DNA of 63,013 nucleotides, counting the filler, from Kipferlia bialata (taxonomy: Eukaryota), in NCBI GenBank assembly GCA_003568945.1. It is 6 parts of 6 records of this genome, joined end to end, with 100 filler letters (N's around TTAATTAATTAA, not from the genome) between each part and the next. Parts side by side here need not be neighbours in the genome. Positions count along the whole stretch, not along the records: positions 13,076 to 26,042 come from BDIP01001005.1; positions 26,143 to 39,102 come from BDIP01001006.1; 4 more parts are not named here. The stretch is one strand, 5' to 3'. The translations under genes and the position numbers were made by a program. This document shows, in pieces, positions 21,558 through 34,600 of this stretch. Below the pieces are notes generated by a model, which saw only the letters and a list, made by a program, of their open reading frames with translations, was not told where the DNA came from and did not search any database. Numbering within the stretch: position 1 is the first letter of the stretch; each line of letters starts with the position of its first letter.

Positions 21558-24500
21558 ATGCCTGAGCAGGGGTCCTGGGTGATAGGCAAGGGGTCGAGAC
21601 GCCGTATGCCGACCCTCACCACCTTATGCCTGCTATTTATAGCACTGCTGGTGTCTGGGGTGGCCTGTGATGCCGGAGAGATGAGAGCGAGAGAGAAGGG
21701 CCGCCAGCCCACCCATCACTCGGGACAGAGGCTGGGACCCGGGGGGGTATCCCATGAAGAGAGTGGCCTGTCCCTTGAGGACAGTATCCAGGACACCCTG
21801 GACGCCATGGACGTCAAGGCCAGAAACTAGTGAGTGCACAGTGTGTATATATGCGTGGTGTCTTTGTGTAGTGGGATATTGGGACTAGTCATTCATTCAT
21901 CTGCCTAGTCTCCCTATCCTTCAGGCTTACTCACCCCCAGCTGTAGCTACAACTACCGCATCACCTTCAACTATGCCAGGGACTCCGACCCCGACGACAC
22001 ATTCCACCCATCTAGGTAGAGGGGGGTGTGCTAAGTGTATACATATGTGTTCATACATTTGTTATGTAGTATATAGCAGCCCTCACCCTCTAAGAATGAC
22101 TACCAGTCCTCAGTATCAGCATCTGATAATAGTATATACATATGTGGATTCATACACATGTGTTATATGGTATATGGCCCCTAATGTCCAGGAATGACTA
22201 CCAGTCCTGGCAGAGCGGGTGCGGCACCTCCTCTGTCAGCTATGGACAGAGCACCACCCCCAAGCAGTACAAGGGATACTCCCCCTACTACGGCACAGTG
22301 TCCTTCAAGGTGCGGTGTATCAGTATCATAGAGAGTATGTATAGTATATATGTAGTATCATAGGTACTTATACTATGGCACAGTGTACTTCAAGGAAGGT
22401 GTGGGTAAAGGTATTGTATTCATTTGTATCCCACGTCACACACGACATCGCGACTATTTCCGTCCGTGATCTATGTGTGCACCTACCCATCTCTCACCCC
22501 AGATTGGGTGCTGGCAGTCCTACACGTCCAGCAGAGACGTCGTGTCAGCGGTATGTATTGTCAGTGTTCTCTATCTGTCCATTACAAAATGTAAATATGC
22601 ATCTTTTTACTATATAGACACATCATGCAGAGAAGTCGTGTCACCAGATACGTGTGTTGTGGTGTATGCATACACACACATATATATAGTGTTTTATCAC
22701 TATTGCAGTGTTGTATGTGCTCTGTTTTGGTCTTCCAACCATATGCCTCATAGATATATATCTATCTATATATACCCTCACCCCAGTGGTCTGTGACGCA
22801 TGAGACTGACCCCCCCACAGACCAGTATGGAGAGCTGACCCTGCCCCATGCGCTGCTCAGGATAGACAACCCGGAGGAGGAGGTGGGGGGATGCACATGT
22901 GTGTATATGCGTATATGTGTATTTATGGATAATGTAGACACCACTACTATATTGGATAGATATCCTGGAGTGGACAGGTGTGTATAGTATCGTGCACCCT
23001 CACCCCCAGACCGTGTTCCTGACCTACTCTTCTGGCTATGGGGACAACTGCACCGGCTGCAACGTGGGGGATGGGTCTACCATCAACCTATCCCTGTACA
23101 CCCCATACTCTGGCAGCACAGACTACGCAGTCACGGCCAAGGACGCGTCAGGTATGGGTGTGTATGCATTGACACACTCGGTAACTGCACCCCCCCCAAC
23201 CCCAGGCAGTGTGCTAGGTGTGTATGAGGGTGCCCTGTCTGATGAGGATGACGTCACCCTGGAGCTGTCGGGGTCCACAGCCACACTCACCGTACAAGGG
23301 GTGGCAGGGCTCGAGGTGGGGGGAGGCACAACCATACACTCATGTCTATGTATATATCCATTGTGACTGGCATAGCATACCCTCACCCCTAGGACCTCCG
23401 GATGCTTGTGCAGGACACCTCCACTGGTCTGCTAGTGGTGGAGGAGTACCTACTCGATGACTACACATGGGGGGAGGTGGGTGGCAGTTGGGGTGTAGTG
23501 TATATGTGGCAGTCAGTGTGTGTATGCTCTCTCTCCCTGACCCCCAGGACATCTCCGTCACCCTTCCCTACGACGTTGAGTACACTGTGATGGTCAGGTC
23601 ACAGACAGACACGGTCTTCACAAGGTGGGTGTGCATATGGAGACCAGAGATACACTCCCTAGACACCCCCCCCTTCCCACCTTAGGTACCAGACCGTGAC
23701 CCTAGATGAGGATGGCACCACCGTGGTGTTTGGGTCCCACCTGATAGACCTAGACAGCACAGACATGGTGCAGCCACTCAGACTCACGCTCTACAGCGAC
23801 ACTCTGCAGAGCCAGGTACAGTGTGTGTATATATATAGCTATCCCTACTGTGGGTATATGCACTGCTCACCCCTAGGTCTTTGAGCACTACTACTCTGCC
23901 GGCACCCTGCACTCTGTACCTGTCCTCGAGGGGCCATTCTTCTATGAGGTACATATGCAGTTAGTGTATGTGGTGCCTATTCGCAGATTCACCTTTGAGT
24001 GGCTGATCGTCTTTGATCAGTGTCAAGGAGTGTATTGATATGTACGTATGATCCATATCCATGGTGTAATAGGTACTATTTGGTACTTTGTCACTGTAAT
24101 GCCGCACCCACCCCAGCTGGCCTGGCTGAGTGACTCCTCTGTGGGTGAGACCATGACATACGAGTACACCCATGAGTGCTGGGACTACATGGACGGTACG
24201 CAGTGGTGGATGTGTGTGTATATGAATATAGATACTAAAGTGCATCCCCCCCCCCACCCCAGCTGCAGACTGTGCCATCACTGAGCACATGTGCCAGGTG
24301 TCCTTTGACGCATCTACCCTGGGAGTGGCTGCACCAGAGAGCATCAGTGTGCTGTACGAGGGTACGGTGGTGGAATATATATATAGCGGTGGTGATTATG
24401 GCACCCGACTCACCCTATGTGCTGTATTGGATACATTCGTATATAGTGTAAAGCCGTATATGTATGAATGCCCCCTCACCCCCTAGGCAGTGGTGTGTAT

Positions 24501-25961
24501 GGCCAGGGCCTGGACGGGTATGACTCCCACTCAGTGGTGGTCAGTGAGTACAGTGTCAGTGGCATGGACACTACACCCCTGACAGTGCTCAGGGGCACAT
24601 ACGACATCATCATGCACTATGTAGATGGGACACTCCTGGTCAGTGACGCAGGTGGGGGGCTATGCACTCAGTGTCACACATCGTTGTATGTACTCTGAAT
24701 GTGCCTTGACTCTATGTATACATACTCTCTCTGAGTCTAACTTTCTAGGCCTGTGTACCGTGGACTCTGCTGTCACCACTGTGGACCTGGTAGACATCTT
24801 TGAGGCACACGTGCTCCCACTGCCATCAGGTGCATACGAGTGTGATAGATATAGAGATAAATATTGATATGTATACATATATACTCATATGTATACCCCC
24901 CCCCCCCTGACCCCAGGAGTCTCCTCCTCCTCCCTCACCTCCATCGACGTGTCTGAGACCACCCCGTCCAGTGACCCCCCTGCCACCATCCACCTCTCCT
25001 CTGCCTCTGCTGCCTATACTGCAGTGACAGACGGGGTGTACCTGCCCAGTGGCCATGTGTACCAGGTATGGGTTATGCACCCTTGTATATATATATAGGT
25101 TGAATACATCCTCTGACCCAGGCTGTCTACACCTCGTCCTCCGGTACCTCTACTCAGTCCAACATCATGTACACTGTGCCCTCTGCCCCTGTCAATACAG
25201 TGCAGATGGGATTTGGGACATATGCCACAGCATGCGACACAGACATGACGGTGCAGAGGTGTGTAGTGTATGTGTATGCTTTGAGTCTACCCCCCCCCCC
25301 ACCCTCTGACCCCCCAGCAGCCTAGGCGGTGTGGCCGGGTATCTCTATGCTGAGTCTGGATATGCCCTGGCAGGGAATGGAGTCGCCGACCAGGCAGCGA
25401 TAGCTAGGTGTGGGATGGGTACTACGCTCCATATCCACACTATATTATATATGTGTGATACCATTATGTATCTGACCCCAGCTACCCCTGGAACACTGGG
25501 TGTGTGCTGGTGTGGGACGATACCCTAGACACCCCAGACTGGGTGGGACACACACCCCACACCCTGGAGTCATGCACCCCCCTCGACGTCACAGTGGAGG
25601 TAGGAGGGGTGCTGTGTGTACTGTATGTATGTATCTGATCCATGCTGCATACCCCCCTCACCCCCAGACCGATGTGACTGTGACTGGCAGTGGGGGTGCC
25701 ACCCTGTCTGTGACTGTGTACACACCCAGTGCCGGCCAGAGGGTGCTGGTATCGCTGACAGGCGCCACAAAGCCAGAGGCTCAGGTGGGTGCAGCTGTAT
25801 AGTGGGATATGCCCCTCTCTTGATACTGCCACCCTCTGTCCTTCCTCTCCCCCCAGATCCCGACCTCCATCATGCGGCATGAGGGCAGAGACTATGCCAC
25901 CATCACATGCACAGAGCCAGACGCCCTGCCAGGCACACAGCCATCCACGGTGGCATCCGAG
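21558..25961 (+). CDS. Predicted secreted or cell-surface multi-exon protein, beta-rich, 3' partial
   Basis: Signal-peptide-like MPTLTTLCLLFIALLVSGVAC, then about 20 short GT-AG exons rich in Thr/Val/Ser/Asp/Tyr with scattered Cys (Ig-like character). Family not recognised. Confidence 0.6.
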
Positions 25962-25993
25962 GTCAGATCGTTTATGAATAGTATATGTTTTCA

Positions 25994-26025
<32 letters not shown>

Positions 26026-26042
26026 CCCCACCCCCGCCCCCG

Positions 26043-26142
26043 NNNNNNNNNNNNNNNNNNNNNNNNNNNNNNNNNNNNNNNNNNNNTTAATTAATTAANN
26101 NNNNNNNNNNNNNNNNNNNNNNNNNNNNNNNNNNNNNNNNNN
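26043..26142. other. Artificial contig linker
   Basis: TTAATTAATTAA at 26087-26098 inside an N block. Confidence 0.97.
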
Positions 26143-26144
26143 CA

Positions 26145-26493
26145 GGGAGGGGTGCCCAGACTCACATCCTGGGACCATCCCTTGTTCAGGTGTATAGGGT
26201 GTATATAGTATAGTATATATAGTGTATATAGTATATCTAGTGGTATATATAGTGTATATATACTTATATACCTATGTGTATGTATGACCAGGGAGGGGTG
26301 CCCAGACTCAGGGCCACCCATTATTGAAGTGTGTGTGGTGTAGTATAGTGAAGATATTCTAGTACTAATGAGACCATGTTTCTCGTTCATGTAGTTCCTA
26401 GATTGTTGTGACTCATTCCTCACTTCAGGGTTGTCCTCACCCGCACTGTAGCGGGCAGTACAGTGTATACAGTATATTGACATGTGTGTATAT

Positions 26494-26529
<36 letters not shown>

Positions 26530-28311
26530 TAATAGTGAAGATACTGACCCCCAGGGTTGTCCTGACCCGTACTGTGGTGGGTATACTGAGTGAACAGCAG
26601 ACACAGACACAGACACAGAGGTCTAGGGCGGAGGCCCCCCCTGTCCCATCCTCACCCAACGCATCGGCATCTGCATCTATGCCCGGTATGATATGTATAT
26701 ATATACACTCTATGCATTGACTATGTATTACAGTCCTCACCCGACGCATCGGCATCTGCATCAATACCGGGTGGGTGCTGTGCCTATATACTGTATATAT
26801 AGTATATATCATACACATATATATACTAGGTATTTATACAATGTCCCCTCCTGTCCTGACCCCAGGTGGGTGTTACCAGAGGTCAATACACTGTATATAC
26901 TGTAAATGTATTTTTTAGCACACATATATACTATGTATTCATACAATGTACTTTCCTGTCCTGACCCCAGGTGGGTGTTACCAGATGTCACCGGCCAGGC
27001 ACGGGGAGAGGCAGACGCAGGTAAGATAGAGTACTGTATATATGATAATGTATGAGTATATACACATATATATATTTGTATATATATCACCGGCCAGGCA
27101 CGGAGAGAGGCAGACTCAGGTAATGCAGAATACTACACATATGATACATGTATATACATATATATTTGTATATGTCATGGTGCAGACAGGAGGAGAGGCA
27201 GAGGCAGGTGAGTATATATATTATGTAATATTATATAATACCTATTAATTATTTATGTATATATTGTGGAGAGTCAGACTCAGGTAAGACATGCTGTTTC
27301 TCTTCAATGAGTGTGTTGTGCATGTGTGTTGCAGATACCTATCAGTGTGCGCTATCATTGAGTATTCCTCTGTCACCCCTCAGTCCAGCCAGACCCAGCC
27401 CCTTCTCTCATGTGTTTATACGCAATACACATATATATATTATACAATTATATATACACTCCTCTCTCTGATATGTAGGGAGGCCTGTCCACCCAGCCCC
27501 AGCCCCTGGACATGTGTGTATACGCAATATGTATATATGTATATATATTTATATATATATAAACTCAGCTCTAATCAGCAGTCTGGCCTGTCCACCCAGC
27601 CCCTGGACATGTACTTATACATACATACACACACATATATATATACTCATCTCTCACCCCTCAGTCTGGCCTGTCCACCCAGACCCAGCCCATATACATA
27701 TTCGCAATATATATATATATGTATATGTATATATATGAATACTCCTCTCTCTTATTTCTAGGCTGGCCTGTCCACCCAGCCCCTTCTCATGTATTTATAC
27801 GCAATATATGTATACATATATGTATGAACATATTAATACTCCTCTCTGATATGTAGGGAGGCCTGTCCACCCAGACCCAGCCCCTGGACATGACTGGGTC
27901 AGATGGCATAGCACCGCCCAGCCAGACCCCCCAGACACTCAGCCACACCTCTATGGCAGTGGCCATGCAGAGGTACAGGGATACATATATGTATAGTAAT
28001 ACATGTATATATATATATGAATAGGTATATAGACAGACCCCCCAGACACTCAGCCACACCAGTATGGCAGTGGCCATGCAGAGGTATAGTACTCTTGTAC
28101 CATATAGTCTTACACATTGTTCCCACCCCAGAGCCAGGGACAATGCCTATGTGTCTATGATATCTCTCTCTTTCTACATAAATATTATACTCTTTTATGT
28201 GTATATGCTATATATGTCCCCCTCTCATCCCAGGGCCAGGGACAATGCCCCAGCCCATGCCCTGTCGACAGAGGACATAGAGGGACTGGAGAAAGAGGTA
28301 TATAGCAGTAG

Positions 28312-28363
<52 letters not shown>

Positions 28364-29373
28364 ACGTACGTTCATACTGAGACATCCATCATTATTGGGT
28401 ATGACAGAAGATATACAATACATCTGTATCCCCACCCTGACCCCCCAGGTGACTGAGTATCTGACCCAGCGTGCATCCACGGCTGGGGGCATGCCAATGC
28501 ACCCCACGTTCAGGTGGGTATACTGATGTGTATATCTACTATATATATCTCCTATATAAATGTGTGTGTATATACCAATGTGTGAGTGAACACTTTGTAA
28601 GCGAAGTGGAACTGGTGGCATACTACTGCACCCCACATTCAGGTGGAGACTAGATATACTAGTGTAGTTATATATATAAAAATGTATATGTATATACATA
28701 TTAATTTTTGGTGAGTGAATACTGGTGTGAAGTGGTGTAGTGGCGTACCAATGCACCCCACATTCAGGTGGGTATCTAGACTAGTGCTGTTATATATATC
28801 TACCTGTCTATGCTTATAAATATATAAATATAAGTATATAAATATAAATATCTATGCATGTGTATAGTAGGGTTTGTGTCTAGCAGTGTAGATATGTACT
28901 GTTGACGGGTATGATTGGCAGATCAATGCACCCTGCACTTAAATAGGGCAGTTGTATATACCTATTTGAGTGTATATATATACCTACATCCCTCACCCCC
29001 AGCCACCGTCTGTCCTCTCTGCTGCACTCGGCACCGGCCACAGTCATCAGGTATATACATATATATATATATATAGATAGATAGATCAGGTATAGAAGGG
29101 TATACATGTATTGAGATAGATATTCAGTCATCAGGTAGGGAGGGTTATACGTAATAGTCAATTATGTACGCACCTGCCACAGTCATCAGGTGGGGGAGTG
29201 GAAATACGTTATAGTCTAAGATGAATACACCTTTTTGATTGTCTGTATTGTCATCATTTCACCCCCAGGCAGGGCTTCTACTCTGGCCAGACCCCCGTTG
29301 TCCCCCTCTTCTCCCACATAGAGATTGGGGTGCTGAGGCTGCCCCAGGGACTAAACACGAGGTACATATATGT

Positions 29374-29425
<52 letters not shown>

Positions 29426-30444
29426 TTATACATTCACTAAACTGTAAATATTATGTGTAGCCACAATGATGTATATATATATGTATGTATTGAGAGGGGT
29501 GCTGAGGCTGCCCCAGGGACGAGGTGTATCATCAGTATTCTGATTCATCTTATGTCCACTATTGTATATGTGTAACCAGTATACTTGATATGATACACAC
29601 ACCCATATACATATATTCTTCATATATATATTCATATTTCTCTCCCCCAGGACCATGCTCCAGACCATCCATACTGGATTCTCTCTCTCTCTCTCTCTCA
29701 ATATATATATATTCATATATTCTTTATATATATATCACCCCCAGGACCATGCTGCAGACCATCACATCTCACCCCCTGCTGTGCAGACCGGGGCCTAAGG
29801 TATGGGGGATATGTATATGCTACGTACATACTAACCCAGGATCAAATACTCACTGTGTCCATGTCTCTCCCACACACACTCTCTTTCTCTCTATACATAT
29901 ATATATATATATACACATATCCAGATCCAAAATCACACATATATACATATATGTATGTACATATATATCCTAACACCCCAGGACCAGCTAGACCCCCACT
30001 GTGCCTTCTCCCTCATGTACACCCCCCCCTCTGCCTCTATCTCTCTCTATATATATACGTCATACCCTCTAACCCCAGGACCAACTAGACCCCCACTGTG
30101 CCTTCTCCCTCATGTACACCCCCCCCTCTGCCTCTGTCAGTAGGGGTGGCCAGAGGGAGGAGGGGGTGGTCACGGGGATGGTGGCCAGGCTGGCCAGAAC
30201 GGACGCAGAGTATATAGGTACTCTTCCTATATATATGTATATACATATATTGTTTAGTATAGTATGATTATACTGGTATGGAGGGGGTGGTCACGGGGAT
30301 GGTGGCCAGGCTGGCAGGGACTGATGCTGAATATATTGGTATGTTGCTGTGTATATATGTATATAGAGGTGTATAATTTATGGATATTGGCATGGTGGCC
30401 AGACTCGCTAGGACAGACGCAGAGTTCATAGGGTTGTGAGTCCA

Positions 30445-30476
<32 letters not shown>

Positions 30477-30554
30477 GTATTTATATATGTGTGTGCATAT
30501 TGATAACCCCCAGTCTCCCAGCACCGTGCCTCTGAGTCTGAGAGGGGTTTGCCT

Positions 30555-30608
<54 letters not shown>

Positions 30609-30666
30609 CCTATACTCACTCTCAGTCTCCCAGCACCGTGCCTCTGAGTCTGAGAGTGGTTTGCCT

Positions 30667-30718
<52 letters not shown>

Positions 30719-30844
30719 CCTATACTCACCCCCAGTCTCCCAGCACCGTGCCTCTGAGTCTGAGAGGGGTGTCCCTGTCTCAGACTCAGTCATGTCATCC
30801 ATGGGGTGGCAGGGGGTGGAACCATCACTAGTAGACTGGTGTAG
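26145..30844 (+). CDS. Multi-exon hypothetical protein fragment; may be the N-terminal part of the membrane-protein gene that follows
   Basis: Exons such as VVLTRTVVGILSEQQ..., ARDNAPAHALSTEDIEGLEKE, TMLQTITSHPLLCRPGPK, DQLDPHCAFSLMYTPP... and ...VMSSMGWQGVEPSLVDWC. Phase continuity across the poly-C run near 31390 is ambiguous. Confidence 0.5.
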
Positions 30845-31345
30845 GTATGTTAATACATGTAGTGTATAGTATAATACATATGGATGTATATATGTATACT
30901 CAGTCATGTCCTCCATGGGGTGGCAGGGGGTGGAGCCATCACTGGTGGACTGGTGCAGGTACATATATATAGTGTATAGTATAATATATACTATATATAT
31001 GTAGTATATATACTCTGTCATGTCCTCCATGGGGTGGCAGGGGGTGGAGCCATCACTGGTGGATTGGTGTAGGTATAGTATATATATATGTGTGTGGTAG
31101 ATGTATACACCTATAGTATATATATACATGTATATATAGTATATATCGTGTATATATACTCTGTCATCCATGGGGTGGCAGGCAGTGGAACCTAGCTTGG
31201 TGGACTGGTGTAGGTGTGTATAGTAGTATAGTAGTATAATAGTACATAGTACATATTGTATGTATTACATATAGTATTTGTATAGTCTGTCATGTCATCC
31301 ATGGGGTGGCAGGGGGTGGAGCCTAGCTTGGTGGATTGGTGCAGG
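30510..31345 (+). repeat. Half-exon array: two 5' halves, intact exon about 30735-30844, four 3' halves
   Basis: TCTCCCAGCACCGTGCCTCTGAGTCTGAGAG occurs three times; TCCATGGGGTGGCAGG...TGGTG(T/C)AG|GT occurs five times. Confidence 0.95.
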
Positions 31346-31387
31346 TGTATAATTGCACACAACTATTTCGTTCTTTTGTATACATAT

Positions 31388-31419
<32 letters not shown>

Positions 31420-31607
31420 ACCCCCCCCCTGGGTCTGTCAATAATGTGTTAATATGTATATTGCACTCTCCTCTCATCCCTAGGCCACCCCAACCTGCTC
31501 TCTCCTATTTTCTCTCTCTCTCTCTCTCTCCTTCTCTCTTTCTCTTTGTATCTACCTATAATATATTGTAGGCTAGACTCATACCTAGGCCACTCCAACC
31601 TACTTCC

Positions 31608-31639
<32 letters not shown>

Positions 31640-31695
31640 CCGGAACCTTCAGGCTATAGTATAGTGGACTCCTTGCTATTCTCCTCTCATACCTA

Positions 31696-34600
31696 GGCCA
31701 CTCCAACCTGCTTCCCAAGCAGAGCCACGAGAAGAGAGAGACCATTAACATGGACCCCCACATCAGACACGCAGTCAAGGTACAGTGTATATCTATATAT
31801 ATATATACATGTATATATATATATATTGAGAGAGAGAGAGAGAATCAACATGGACCCCCACATCAGACACGCAGTCAAGGCTAGTTCTCTGGGTGGACTG
31901 TCTCCTGCTCCCTCTCTCTCTCTCCCTCTAGCCCCTTATTCCAGATGTCCCTCACCTATGTGTTTGTCTGGCTGGGTCTGTCCATCATTCTGCTCTGGTC
32001 CAACTGGCTCGAGGCATTCTGGAATGTAAGTGCATTCTCTACAGTATATATAGTATATAGTATATATGTATATAGTGTAGTATATATATAGAATAGTCAT
32101 TCTGCTCTGGTCCAACTGGCTAGAGGCGTTTTGGAATAGATGTATACTATACATTTATATATATAGTACATAACTTGCTTGAGGCATTCTAGAGTATTAG
32201 TATATATGTTTGTGTAGTGTATATAAGCCATTCTATACCATGTAACCCCCTGGGTGTCTGTATCTCTACATTATTGTGTGTATATTTATATATACATAAT
32301 GTATCTATAAATGTCCTCTTACCCCAGGGCTTCCAGTCCATGAACCCCCTGAGTATATATTTAGCTGCACAGTATTGTATGTATATATACAGTATTATTT
32401 GTATATATATATTGTACATATACTTACCCCAGGGCTTCCAGTCAATGAACCCCCTGGGTGTGTTCAAGGGAGAGGAGACAGTGTACCCAGACACAAGGTA
32501 CTATATATAGAGACACAATGCACACCATATATAGATATATATTAATGGATAGATGTATTGACCTTAGTGTTCAAGGGAGAGGAGCCTGTGTACACGGATA
32601 CACGGTGCATGATCCTCCCTGTCTCGCGCTCTCTCTCTCTATCTCTATCTTTCCATATCTCTTATTGTATTTCTATTTACCTTTCTTTCTAACCCTAGCC
32701 CCTGTGGCGCCTTTGCCATGCTCCTCCCCGTCTGCTACTGGATAGGTAATATACACTGATATATGTATTGGCATTGAGTAGTGATACTAGGTATTAGACA
32801 GTGTTATATTCATAGTAACATCATATACTGATACCGTTACTGTGCTTGATTCATATCTTAGTATTTGATACTGACCCTGACAGGTGAGCTGGCCCTCTGC
32901 ATAGCAATGAGGTTCACCATCAACGGTAAGCAGAGAGAGGGAGAGGGAGAGAGAGAGGGAGAGGTTATGCCTGACGTTGTGGAGGAGGTACCCGAGGAGC
33001 CAGTAGAGCGAGGGGAGGAGAGAGAGGCAGATGCAGAGACAGATGCTGAGGAGAGAGAGAGCGTCTCCACCCTCTCTCTGTTCCGTGTAGCTGTGGTGGC
33101 ATCCATTGTTGTGTGTGTGGCCCTGTCCCTAGCATCTGCATTCCTCACATACCCTGTGGAGAGGGGGGTTACACACCACTTCCAGAGAGAGGCTGTGGCT
33201 AGAGGTATACCCCACAAAATGTATTTACAAGTATGGACAATATGAGACTGAATGCCTCAATGTATCAACTGTTATATATTGTGTATCTATTATATATCCT
33301 GACCCTAGGCTACTCCATTGACATCGTTGAGGATGCCGATGATATTGATTATATAAGTATATTCTCACGTATATAATAGTATCTATATATCTATATATAT
33401 GATACTATTGAAGTCGAACCTCAGGCTACTCCATTGATATCATTGAGGATGCCGATGACATCGAGGACCTGCCATGGGTCACACTCAACGACGGGAAGGT
33501 AAATAGTGATTGTTTATGTATATGTATAAGGATAATATACATATATATACAACATTTGTCTGATACTGATACCTGCATGGGTCACACTCAACGATGGGAA
33601 GGTATTCACACTGTGCAGGAGTAAATGTTTCAATGTATGTATAAGGCCACACTCAGCTATGGAAAGACAAGCTTGTGCATTCTAGGTTACCATACAGACT
33701 CTCACTAATGTCAGGGCAACAAGTTCTGGGACCACATTGAGGCCATGCTTTACAGGTATCAGAGTTTGCATCTTCCTATGCCACTACGTTACATGTACCA
33801 TACCCTACATAAATTCTCTTATATTTGACACTTGAACATGTAGTAATTCCAGCGCATTCTTTGCACCCATCGTATTAAGTATTTATTCTCTCCACCTGTG
33901 TATGTATGTACTAACTATGCTCTCTAAATTAACTATATGTTCTCACCCCAGTGAGCTCTATCTTTCCCATCTATATATCTTTCTATATATTGAACTTAGA
34001 AGTATATATGTCAACACCCTAATATTTCAGTGAGCTATGTGCCCCCATCGTGGGTCTTTTTCCATACACTTCTCTCTCCATCTCTATCTCTCTCTCTCTC
34101 TCTATATATATATATACCAACATCAGCTCTATGGCCCCATCATGAGTATGTTCCCATACACTTATCTCTCTCTTCCCTCCCTTCTCTCTATTACTATGTA
34201 TATATATACTTACGCAAGTGAGCTCTGTGCCCCCATCATGGGTCTGTTCCCATACACTGTCAGTGGTCTGGCAGGCACAGCTATTGGGATGTATGTGGGG
34301 TTGTTATACGCAACAGGTATACTAATTCACATACATATTTTCTATTATCTATATCTTCCATTTCCTCTCTCATATACCTTCACCTAATGCCCTCGCAGAT
34401 GACATAGTTCTCTCTCTCTCTCTCTCTCTCTCTCCCCCTCTCTTTCTCTCCCTCTCTTTCTCTAATACACAGCCGATGCCCCCTCTCTCAACAAGAGTGT
34501 CATGCATCTCTATATATATCTCATCTCTATATATATATNNNNNNNNNNNNNNNNNNNNNNNNNNNNNNNNNNATCTCATCTCTATATATATATCTCTCTC

